From Paragordius varius (Eukaryota; Animalia; Nematomorpha): a DNA stretch of 33,000 nucleotides. A program made the position numbers and the translations under genes. The DNA lies in contig OZ176056.1 of NCBI GenBank assembly GCA_964247055.1, positions 4,557,001 to 4,590,000 of the forward strand, read 5' to 3'. Shown here one piece after another: positions 20,777 through 32,225 of the stretch (position 1 is the first letter of the stretch; every line of letters starts with the position of its first letter). The notes under the pieces are model-generated. The model saw only the letters and a list, made by a program, of their open reading frames with translations, was not told where the DNA came from and made no database searches.

Positions 20777-21349
20777 CTAAAAATTATATATAAAGAAACA
20801 ATAGTTGATAATATAAAGACATAAAAATACATCTAGAAAATTATGATGAGTAATTTGAAAAATAATATTAAGAAAAAATATTAGTATATCAATAAAAATA
20901 TATATTTGGCCCAAAATATATCGTTTAAAATTTGTGAAATATTGCATTTTTGTAAGTTGATTTTTAGATAATTTTTGCATTGCTTTTTGCCGTTGATGCA
21001 TTTCAAAATCATCTCCCAACATTCTGAAAGTTATTGCACATTTTCGAATAATTTTTTCATTTTTTAAATTTTTGGTAATATTATAATTCTTGATTTTATT
21101 AATGGTAGTTTTTTGACTTTTTGGTGAATATGGATCTATGTTCTCAAAATGTTTTTTGAATTTTGTTTCAAAAGCTTTTTTTGTATCTTGTCGCATAATA
21201 TTTCCCTTTTCACTATAAGTTTGAATATATTTCATTGGTGGGTTTCTCCTAACCTGTTCCAAGTCACCACCATTGCGATTTCCTTGAATACTGAAGTGAG
21301 AAACGTTTCTAAGCTTTATTAATTGATTTAGATCTAGTTGAGCTACCAT
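20777..21349 (-). CDS. 190-aa protein with BH3-like motif and C-terminal hydrophobic anchor (candidate BH3-only Bcl-2 family protein)
   Basis: Longest uninterrupted ORF in the window. Residues 104-116 are CAITFRMLGDDFE (nt 21040-21002), followed by a hydrophobic stretch at ~144-164. A plausible 5'-UTR intron lies at 21477-21353 (CAG|GTAAAT donor; pyrimidine tract and TAG acceptor 3 nt before the ATG). The gene is well supported; the product is an inference. Confidence 0.65.
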   Translation of the reverse strand: MVAQLDLNQLIKLRNVSHFSIQGNRNGGDLEQVRRNPPMKYIQTYSEKGNIMRQDTKKAFETKFKKHFENIDPYSPKSQKTTINKIKNYNITKNLKNEKIIRKCAITFRMLGDDFEMHQRQKAMQKLSKNQLTKMQYFTNFKRYILGQIYIFIDILIFFLNIIFQITHHNFLDVFLCLYIINYCFFIYNF

Positions 21350-22119
21350 ATTCTAATATTTTGTAGAAAAAAAATAAATTTTATTGTTTTTGGAAAGTTA
21401 AAAAAAGCAAATAATTTGAATAAATATTTGCAATATTTTGAATAAAAAACTGAATAAAAAAATATTTATAGATTTACCTGAAACAGTCAAATTTATCTTT
21501 GAACAGTATAGCAAATTGATATTAAAGTAATTATGGAAAAAAAATTTTTAAACAATTTTTATAAAATAAAAAAATAATTTGAAATTTAAATAATTAAAAA
21601 ATTTGGTAAAATCAATAGTAATAGTATAAATATACATAATTTAAAAGATAACATAACATAATTTTAATTTTTTAAATTCCTAATTTTCCAATAAATAATC
21701 CCTTTCAATTTTATTTTTACTTTAACATTAAAAATTAATCATATATAAATAATGACATAAGATGACATAAGCCACACACAATATATTCCTAAAATATTAA
21801 TCTACTGGTATACTTAACTAATTTTATTGAAAATTATAATTGTTTTGAGGATAAAAATTTATTTGTTTTAAGTGTAATAACCATTAATTTATGGTTGATT
21901 GGATGAGAATTATTTTCTATTCCTAATTTTAGAATTTACACTTGATTACAGTTTTTTACCCTAAGCCATTTTTATATATTTTACATGAAAAGTATTTAAC
22001 ATCGGTGCTAATTTACAGAAAAAAGAAATTTATGAGGATAAGACTAAAAACTTAAGGACAAATATGATTTTTTCTAAAGATAACCCATTCTAATTTAAAC
22101 CATGAATTTTTACCTATTA

Positions 22120-22390
22120 AATTATGCAGTAAAAATTAAATTTATACGGACAAAACGTAAAAATATGAAGACAAATATTTCTAAAAAACAACCATACTTT
22201 TTGCATCTTGATTTTAAAATTTAAATAATGGTTTAAATTTGAAAAGTATGGAATATGATGTATATTGGTAACACAATCAATTAAATATTATGGAAAAAAA
22301 ATAGATTTAAAAAAGTATGGTTGTCTTCTCAAAATACTTGTCTTAGTATTTTTCGTTTTGTCCGTATAGTTTTAGTTTTTACTGTATAAC
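22120..22390. mobile_element. Family E palindromic MITE (copy 1)
   Basis: TATACGGACAAAACG (~22143) / CGTTTTGTCCGTATA (~22355) and ACAACCATACTTT / AAAGTATGGTTGT. Homologues at ~24790-25030 and ~31410-31870. Outer limits are uncertain. Confidence 0.75.
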
Positions 22391-23253
22391 TTAGTGTATG
22401 AACAATTGTGTCTAAATTCCTTATTTTGCTCTTAACCCAAAAACAAGAATTAGAAAATATGGTTGTCTTTTTTAATTTTTTTAATCATTTTACATAATTT
22501 TAATTTTCACAATAAAAATTTCTATTTTATCTCGTATAAAACAAAACGTTGTATTGTAATACCATTATCACAAAAATTATGGCCAAACTTTATTTTTTGT
22601 TTTTGCTAAACCTTTAAAAATACTAGAAAATAAATATTATAGTCAATAATAAATTGCTATTTAAATTAGATGGGTGTTATCTATATTAATTAAAAATTTA
22701 ACAATAACAACTACTAAAATTGTACTTTTATATTATAGTATAAGCTCTGAATGAATCGTCAAGGAATAATGCGTTTAGGAAATATGTGTTCACACTCTAG
22801 TTATATCTATAACTAAATCTATTAACTAATCATAAACATAATTTTATACTCATCCTACCGCTTTCACCATTATTAAATCATTTTTTCTTTTAAGCGATAT
22901 GGTTTAAAAAATAATTTTCCATATTGGTTCTCAGGATAGGAAATTTAATTTAAATAAAATTATTAATATAGAAATAACAAAGGTATTTATCCGTATATCA
23001 GAATGTTATATTGTGGGACATAAGAGCTACAAAAATGATTCGAAATTAGCGGTTCAGACTAAAATTAAAGCCTAATATAAATATAAAATATACAGGAAAA
23101 ACGAAAAAATTTATTTGATCCAAATTGATAGGATTTTTTTTCTTTTTTCAACGATTCATTTAACTTATTAAAGAAATTAACCACACAAGCATATTTAAGG
23201 ACAGAACTGACAACTAATTTGTCAGTTTGAAAAAATGAAGTATTATATTGCAG

Positions 23254-24205
23254 ATTGGGCGATCTTTGATTGTTTGGAAATTTGAATTTGTTTTGCGTAA
23301 ACATTCGATTTTTGCATTGAAAAAGAGATATTATATGAATACATTATGGGATATACTTAAAGTTTTTTTCGCTATATAAACTTATTTTATCACTCTTTAA
23401 ATCCTGCCTATGAAACAAACATATCACACAATAAATGTCCATAATTTTGTTTCAAGGTAAAAATCCAACACGCGGATTTCCGTTACATATTGTGAAGACC
23501 GCCAAAAATTATCAAAAAATCATAATAATAAATTTGCAATTTTTCGACAAATATTTTATTAAGATCGGTAAAAGTAATAAAAAGATATTTTCATTTTTAC
23601 TCAATTTAATGCTTTAATTTTTTGGGTAATAATTTTTTCAACTCGGAAAAGGGGCTATCGATTATAATTTGTAAAACCTTTATTGTTGATGCCCTAAAAT
23701 AAGATTATATACACCCTATTTTTGTCCCCTTAAAAACAGGTTTTTAATAACGTAAAAATAAAGCATATGCTCATACGATATTGCCTGCATTAATTTGGTT
23801 TAACGAACAGCGTAAAGGTACTCAGTATTAAATATTTTATAAAAAAATAATTATATGGGTGATCGATTAAAAAAAGTATGCGTTTACAAGAATTAAAACT
23901 CTAACATCACCCACGCTTTTAATTTTTCTAACAAAATATAATATTTTTAAGCAACATTTTCAAAACGCAACATTTATTCAGCTGTCTCTGCTAGAAAAAA
24001 TGTTTTTGACTTAAAAATCGCTTATTTATTTACACCATCAAATGGTAAAATAAGTTTTTTTGGTATTATATTCGTAAAAAACTATCCTTTTAATTATTTC
24101 AATTATGTGGCCCGTAAAGCCATTTGTTTCGAGGACCGCTGTGTAAAATATAAGACAAAAATATCAACATTAAATTTTAAACCTGACAAAGGAACACACG
24201 TCTAA
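23254..24205 (+). CDS. Tentative orphan multi-exon gene with short introns
   Basis: In-frame chain with five phase-1 GT-AG junctions: 23254-23296, 23457-23567 (or from an ATG at 23435), 23704-23739, 23764-23817, 23982-24044, 24120-24205 (TAA). Translation: IGRSLIVWKFEFVLRKNPTRGFPLHIVKTAKNYQKIIIINLQFFDKYFIKIDYIHPIFVPLKTAYAHTILPALIWFNEQRKAVSARKNVFDLKIAYLFTPSNAICFEDRCVKYKTKISTLNFKPDKGTHV*. Includes a 24-nt intron (23740-23763) and may extend upstream via 23132-23224. No homology recognised. Confidence 0.4.
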
Positions 24206-24789
24206 GAAAAAAATGCTGAAAATATTTAAACAGCTTTTAGAAATTAAACATTGATGTTTTTAATTAGTTATTAATAGATTATAGATTCTCCGAGAAATAT
24301 CCAAGTAGCGATTAATAAAGAGCTCATAACATACAACTTGAGAAAGTTTTTTTGCGGGAAATTAAATATTTAATTTTCCAATTATTTTAACATAAAATAT
24401 ATTTTTGGGGAGTAAACACGATGACTTTGGTACTAAATACGATTAGCAAAGGGTTCTACAACAATTGTCGGAATCTTAATTTTGACAAGTCCATAAAATA
24501 TTCCCAAAATTTACTTAAGTTAAGGGTTGTATTTAGCATTTATGACTTTGAATTCATAAAAAATGAATATTCTTTTTGGGAAAAAAGTGTCATCGAAACT
24601 TTGTATTTGTGACACAACGAGGAATACATATAAAAAGACATTTTAAATGATTGAAAAAAAATAACTGTTTTATATTTTTTTTTAAAAATATAATAAGTTG
24701 ATAATATGTAAAGAAAAGAAATTTTGCAAAAAAATTAATTTATTTTTTTATCATGGTGTTAGTTAATTTAGCCATTTATAAAAAAATGT

Positions 24790-25030
24790 ACACAGTAAAA
24801 ATTGAAATTATACGGACAAAATTTTTTTTTATAAACGACAACCATACTTTTCAAAACTTAATATTTCCCATATAAATTATTTACAATTGTAAAATATATA
24901 ATTGATATTGATACAAATATCTCTATTTATTACTTTGCATTTTTAAACAATGATTTTTAGCATAAAAAAATTAGATTGAAAAAACATGGTTGTCCTTCAG
25001 TAAAAAATATTTTTATATCTGTGAATTTAA
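24790..25030. mobile_element. Family E MITE (partial or diverged copy)
   Basis: GAAATTATACGGACAAAA, ACAACCATACTTT and AAAACATGGTTGTC landmarks shared with 22120-22390. Confidence 0.65.
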
Positions 25031-25530
25031 ACCATTTGTCTTAAATAATCAATAATTTCTGCCGATAAAACAGAAGCCGTTTTGCCCAAAATCGTTTAAC
25101 AGGAACTAGAAACAAAAAAGGTTTATTAGAATCTATATCGCTGGTAACCTTAAAAAGTATTAATTAAACGCAAAATCCACACATAGTAACTCATTTTTAA
25201 CATAAATTATAATATATTTATTGATAATATATATATGATGATAGAAATAATTGGGATAAGTTATTTTTTGCCTTTTATGTAGCACTTGTAATTAAAAAAC
25301 TAGCTATTTAGATACAGCAGTTTCGTTATTATAACCATTAACTCTATACTAAAGCATTTATATAAACTGACAACGTGATATTAAATAAATTTGGTATTTT
25401 AATTATTCTTTCTGTAAAACAAACACATTACATATTTCAAACATATTTTTACATCTTTGCATCATTTTGAAAAAAAATCTTCTATAATCAAAATTCTTGT
25501 CTTTTGATCTCTCCAATATAACTCAACAAA

Positions 25531-28500
25531 CTAATAAATCATTCTAGAATTTAAATTTTTGTTATTGGTTGTTGTATTGTTGAAATTGACATTTGTCATC
25601 CAATCTTGATTGGAATAATCTTTGCTAGAATTTTCAGAGGCATTTAATGCGCCACCACCACCACCACCCAAGAAATAAGAGGTGGGAAATGGGATAGCTT
25701 CAGAAACATTATCAGCATAATTATAATTATTATTATCGTTATGATAATTAGTATTAAAGTTTGTATCGGCAGATTTGGGGGGTTTATTCATCGTCAAATT
25801 ATTCATAGAGGTTTGATTGGGCGCTACAGGCATCTCCTTGTAATGTTCCTTGAAATAACTAATGAGTGCCGTTACTGAGCCAAAGATTTGTCCTCTATAC
25901 CTTAGCCCATTAATGATAACACTAATGTATTCATAATGGGTTCGGGTTCGGGGCATAAAAGCCAAAATGAATTTACCTAACATATATAAGCAAATAAAAT
26001 TACATTACACACCAAAGATTATGGTAACTTATCAGTGAGATAAAATTTAATATATGAAAAACACATATAAAATTAATCAATCTGTTATTAAACTAACATT
26101 CAATAATTATTGACCAAAAAGAAAGTATATTGAAAATTTTACAGTCAATTTAGGTTTTTATATCTTCCTATTCATAATTGATAAAAATTTACAGTTAAAA
26201 AAAATAACCGGTGAGACATTATAAAATAAAAAGTAAAGTAAGGTATGTTGTTAGTACCAGGATATTCTTTGGATGGGCCAAATGCATAAGGGATTCGAGA
26301 CGGCGTAGCTTTTTTATTTTCCCGTAATACATAATCAAGCAATCTAGAATTGATAAAATTAGAATATATATATATATATAATGTTAATACAATAGAACCC
26401 TGACCACATAAAAATTATATGTTTTTGGGTAGTTTTTAAAATAATTCAAAAAAAGGATATTATATATATTCCATTATTATTGGTTTATAATAATATACAA
26501 ATATCTTAAACAAATTAATTCGTACAAAAGCGGACTCAGTATTTTGTACTTACTGGGAAACCTTATATTCAAAAAACCTAACAGTGTAGAATGATAGCAG
26601 GATAATTATTAGAAAAGCGCTGTATATACCTAATTATTCCCAAATTGGAATTATTTAATTCATTTTTCACATTTCAAAAATTAATGAATGGAGAAAAAAG
26701 TGTGCAATGATTTAGCTAATTAATTTAACTACTCATCTATATGTAAAAACTTATTATAAAAATTTAAAAAAAATATAGAAGCCAAATAAATTACAGTGTA
26801 CATTTTGATGGTTGCTTATTTCACATAATAGGGCAATTCGCAACACAGTAAAGTAGGGAAAAACAACAAAATGTTGAATAAACAATTATTCCTTTTCTTT
26901 TTTCCATACATTCCTGTGTTACAAATTGCCCTACTATAAAGTGAAATAAGCAACTATTAAAATAAATTCTATATATGCGTCGTTGACCTACCTACATATT
27001 AATCCAAAACACTCCCTATAAACATCAAAAATAGCACAATAATATTTAGTATAAATAAGCGCCATTTACCAACCTATATATTGGCAAAAATTTTAAATAT
27101 AGAATAAAATAATTTAACATAAACAACCTTTTAAATTCCTCGTCACTGGTTGAATCTTTTGCCGTAAGAGTTTCATCATCGTTAATGGCATTGAGTATTT
27201 CCTGATCAGCGGTGAGCAATGTTGGATTTTCATAGAAATATTTGTGATTTGCCAGCTCTCTAACGTACCCAGCCAGGGGTGTTATATAACGCGCCAATAT
27301 TTCATCTAAATCTTCAAATTCTTCCGTGTCAATCCACAAACTTTTACCAAGCATGTAGGGTTTATCTTTACCCTCCTCTTTAATATCTATTGTGATATAT
27401 ATATATATATATATAAACGATAAATATATTAGTAAACACTGGATTCTCGGGCCAATTGGCAGTACAACAGCATATATGGCAAAAACAACAAATGATTGAA
27501 ATTAAACAAAAATCATCTTAACTTTAATCAAATTAATTTATTTGAATAAACTTTGTTTTGTATTCATACGTTCCAGTATAAAAATTTAATCAAATATCGC
27601 TTTGTACATCGTTTGAATACAGATGATAAAAATATAATGAAAACGGCAAAATAGGTTAAAAAAAGTTTTTTATTATAACTTATATTTCATGACTTGCATG
27701 TATATAATATCGGATGCTATAAAACCAACAAAAACAAAATAAAATGCAAATTATGTACAAATTTCTTTTCGCCTTTATATATTTCCTATCAAATCATAAT
27801 TAAAAGTAATATATATATACATATCTTAAAAAAGAAATCAATCAAAAATTACCAATGTGTTGAACAACACCATGCCAAACCTTCCACCCCAAACTCAAGT
27901 GATTAGGACCCTTACTAAAGCTCGGTCTGATAAGGACTTCCCCGGGGCTTAAACCAGCCAGGTGGCGTCGTACTTGAGCATATGTCGTAATATTTCGAAA
28001 GCTCGGATGCGATATAAGCCGTTTACATCCATATATTTTATTATTATTATTGATAGTACTGTTCGACTGCTTATGAAGGTTTTGTTTGTATGCTGATATG
28101 AATAAAAAAAGATGAAAAAATTGACCATGGTGAAACCATTAATTGTATTAGTATAAATACCAGCAATACCATCTAATATATTCTGAAAGAGCACAACAGC
28201 ATAATTATGTTTAAGTTAGTTCTTTAGTAAAAATGTTAATATGATAAAAAACTTACATATTCCAAACTCGGAATCTTCCCGTTTAATTTTGTTATTACCC
28301 AAATTGGGTAGAGCAGAGGTTTGATTAAGGGATGCTTGTAGAGATTTTTTCTTTAAAAATGTCGTCCGCAAAGCTTGGTATTGTGTTTCCTCGTCATAAT
28401 CATAGTATATGTCACGCGGGGGTTTAAATTCATTGTTAGAATCGGCCAAGTCTGAGCTTTTGCTAGTTAATTCCACCGAAAATTTTTCCACATCGATACG

Positions 28501-30236
28501 TAAGACACGGGCAAATATAGTCATACCCATTTTGACTCGATCTTCAGGGTTACGTACCATACTATCCGATAAATTTTTCACGTGAATAAATCCCATCAGC
28601 CCATTTTCTAATCTCACCCTTTGAGAATTAAATAGTGTAAATTTAGTAAATTTTTGTTTATGATTATAAAATACAAAATATATTGCTGCTGAATTTACAA
28701 TGTTTCCAATTAAACACACTTAAAATTGATGTCTCTCAGAGTGTAGCTAGCAAATTAACAACAGATACCAGTTTTATATGTGTTAAAAAACATAGATCTG
28801 TTAAGACAGGACTTTTTTCATGTTAATTTGTCTCCATTTTACAAGATATTCAAAAGATAATGATAAATTTGAAGTTTAAATAGTGCAAAAAGTTATGCTA
28901 TACTAAAAAAGCTTTTTGTTTAGTATACTTTATGCCAATAGGTTGACCGGGACACATTTCAGAATCATAATGTTGCCACACTTCGGAAAGTTCCATAAAA
29001 TCTGATTTAAAACACACGGGACAACTCCAAAGCCCAGTTTCTTCGATTCGAATAGGATTGTAACCACCTGGGAGCATTAAATTTATAGTAAAAAGGACTG
29101 GTAGTAAAATCAACTCAAAAAATAAAATGTAAAAGAAAATTTATATTTTTATATTGGAAACACCATTTTTGATTCTTGTTTTTTTAATTTAACGTATATG
29201 ATTATTACATTTTCTGTTCGCTACTTCGACAAGAAATATATTAAATGTATCAATGTCCTAAAAATACGGCCTTTTATCACTAAATGTCAATTCACTTTTA
29301 TATTTAATTAAATCTTTAAAATTTTTATTATGTTATAAAACACCCTAAAATCTGTATCGAAAAAAAACCAATTAACCAACCTACCTCCATTGTTAAGTCT
29401 TTCTACAGCCTTTCGGGCAGGGGTATAGGCCAATCCAATGACACGAACTGCAACAAGTTTTCCAATGTAAAAAGTTTGGGGTGTTTCTTTCGTCACCATG
29501 TTAAAACGTTCTTCAAGCGTTGGTTCCATAGGTGGGATACGGGTATCTTTATACCTTAAAACACAAAATTTATATTAGTAAATATAGAAACAAAAGTTTA
29601 AAAGACAGACTTTGAATTTCTAAATAATTCATATAACATCGTATTTTTAAAATAAATAATTGAAAGTGTAGCATTTTAGATTTCGACCAGATTTAATTTA
29701 TGATGTATATCACATTATTAATTTGAAAAATATAATTATTATTAAAATTTGAACATTATACAATAATAATTAAACATTGTTCCACCAAATAATTCACAAA
29801 TACCGTTTATTGTATTTTTTTATATACATGTATTATTATACCAATGTAAGATCATATCGAAAAAATAAAATATAAAATGGTAATAAAAGTTAAATTTTTT
29901 CAACTTTTTATTACTAAGATACACGCATAAATTTCAACATAAATACATGTAAAACTACTCACCTATGAGTCAATTCGGAGCGAATATCATACAGCGTAGC
30001 AGTTTTATTGCCGAAACCTTGACGGGCCAATTCCTCAGCAAAAGCATCCAAGTCCAAATCTTTAAGCTTATCAGGGCATTCAAATATCTCTTCTATGGCA
30101 GACGCAGGGTCTGTCGTCCCTGTACCCTTTCCCCCGTGCTTATCTTTATTTCGTTTTTTGGGTACTTTTTTCCCCTTCTTACTACTTTTACTTTTCTATG
30201 ATATGAGCAAAATAATATTTACTGTCATGATAATTA

Positions 30237-30284
<48 letters not shown>

Positions 30285-32168
30285 TCTTTGAGGTATTTAA
30301 TAAACATGACTCCTTTCGTTAATTTTTTGTTTCAACAATGATATTTATAATATTAAATAATTCGTTGAACACATTATAAAAAGTACAATATATACAAAAA
30401 TTGTACCATGAAATCAAGAAACTCTCAAATTTCTTTTACAAACCATCATCGACGCATTTGCCAACGTATTTTAAGCGACTTGCCAGTCTCACAAATTATT
30501 TATTAAAAGATTCAAAAAAAATGATAAACTAATTCACACACACTCACCAACCTTTTTATTTTTTTGTTTGGGCATAAGGGATTGTAGGACGCCACATTCT
30601 TGTTCTTCGCTATTGTAGTCATCAGAATTTTGGGCAGAATCGTTTTGTTCGCTTTCTTCATCATCAGAAGCGCTTGCATTATTTTCATTCTCATCCTCGT
30701 CATCGTATTCTAAGGCATCGATAGCCATTTTGCGGGCCCATTCATACGTTTCAGGGTGTATACGCGTGCTATCAAGCACTTCAATGTAATACTCATCACT
30801 GGTAACTATTGAATAATATAGATACATTTTATTTACAACAAAAAAATGATCTTTTACTGTTTGTGTTGTGTAGTTGAATGAATTTTATTTTATATATACC
30901 ATTTACAATTCCCCCTCAAATAATTATATGTTTTTTATAATTAAAAATTACGTATATTTTTAAAAAATATAATTTTTTTCAAATTTAAATAATACGGAAA
31001 AAATCATAAACTATGCCATAAAAATATATATCATATTAGTAATGAGTTATATTAGTTCGAAAATACATATTTTATTTTTAGGGTGAATTTGAATTGTTCG
31101 AGGGTGACTTTGAATTGTTCAGGGGTGAATTTGAACTGTAAATGGTATATTAAAACAATCTATTTTTCTCCGTTATTTTTGTACAGAACATGGATTTAAT
31201 TTATAGGATTAAAAAACTCAATAATTAGCTTTAATTTTATCATAATCTTCCTAATTAACTATTAAATGTTATTGGCATATGTTGAATTGGAATTCATCCT
31301 TCGATTATTTTATCGCATAGCATATTATTTTTATCAAGAATTTATATATGGAAAAACTCTAAATCTTAAACCTTTGTAATTAACAATTCTAATATTATAC
31401 ATTTTTATAAACCATAAAAAGTTGAAATTATACGGACAAAACGTGAAAATATAAATGAATATATTTTTCTACCGATACCATACTTTTTAAATCTTGATTT
31501 TTTTTTAATTATAACCCATTGTTAGCAAAGTATTATATAGAGATGTAAATTGGTACCGCAATCAATTACAGTCATGTATGAGAATTGTCAAACATACATT
31601 TTTAATTGATTTTACTTTGTTTTTAATTGTTATAATGTTTGATATGTCAACTTTAAACATGCGCATTTTTAAGCCTTAAAATAATGATAGCCATATATTG
31701 TAAACAATTAAATTCAATTAAAAACGTTTATTTGACAATTCTAAACACACATGACTGTATGTTTTTTACGATTATGATTAAATGTTTTTAGAAAATAAAT
31801 TAAGGTTTAAAAAAGTATGGTGGTTGTCTTTTAAAAAAAATTGTTTCCTTTATATTTTTTGTCCATATATAAAAAAATTTAAATCTGTCTTATTTATAAG
31901 GAAATGTAAAATCAAAATTTTTTAAAGGTAAAAAAAACCTAAGCGTCCTTCCTCTTCCGCTAAGCTCTGGGCCCGAGTATCGATGCGAATAAAACCGGCC
32001 AGGTTAACAAATACTCTCGGTCCAAGACCGGCTTGAGTAACGAGTTGTGTTCTATTTTGCAATCCAACAATCAATCCACCCGATAAATGGATACCTAATG
32101 TGGAAAAAAATATTTTTTTAAGCTAAGCCTATTTTTTAAACGGTTAAATTTTTTGTTTCAGTTAAATT

Positions 32169-32225
<57 letters not shown>

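Noticed and set aside
23001-23050. NVILWDIRATKMIRN peptide resembling a WD40 repeat
   Set aside because: Immediately followed by TAG with no usable donor, lacks the conserved upstream Asp, and no other WD repeats are nearby.
28135-28194. Extra SPT6 exon suggested by ORF 27949-28194 and a strong CTTTCAG acceptor
   Set aside because: With the phase-1 donor at 28256 that acceptor creates TAA. A nearby TAG acceptor could give an in-frame mini-exon, but it is not needed for homology.
29965-30322. Plus-strand ORFs 29965-30201 and 30095-30322, plus ORFs 27694-27906 and 30512-30703
   Set aside because: Antisense or alternative-frame shadows of SPT6 exons and of an (AT)n microsatellite.
31945-32060. 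GC-rich imperfect hairpin that looked like an ncRNA or Helitron end
   Set aside because: It is SPT6 coding exon 32094-31939 on the minus strand ([25 protein letters not shown]).
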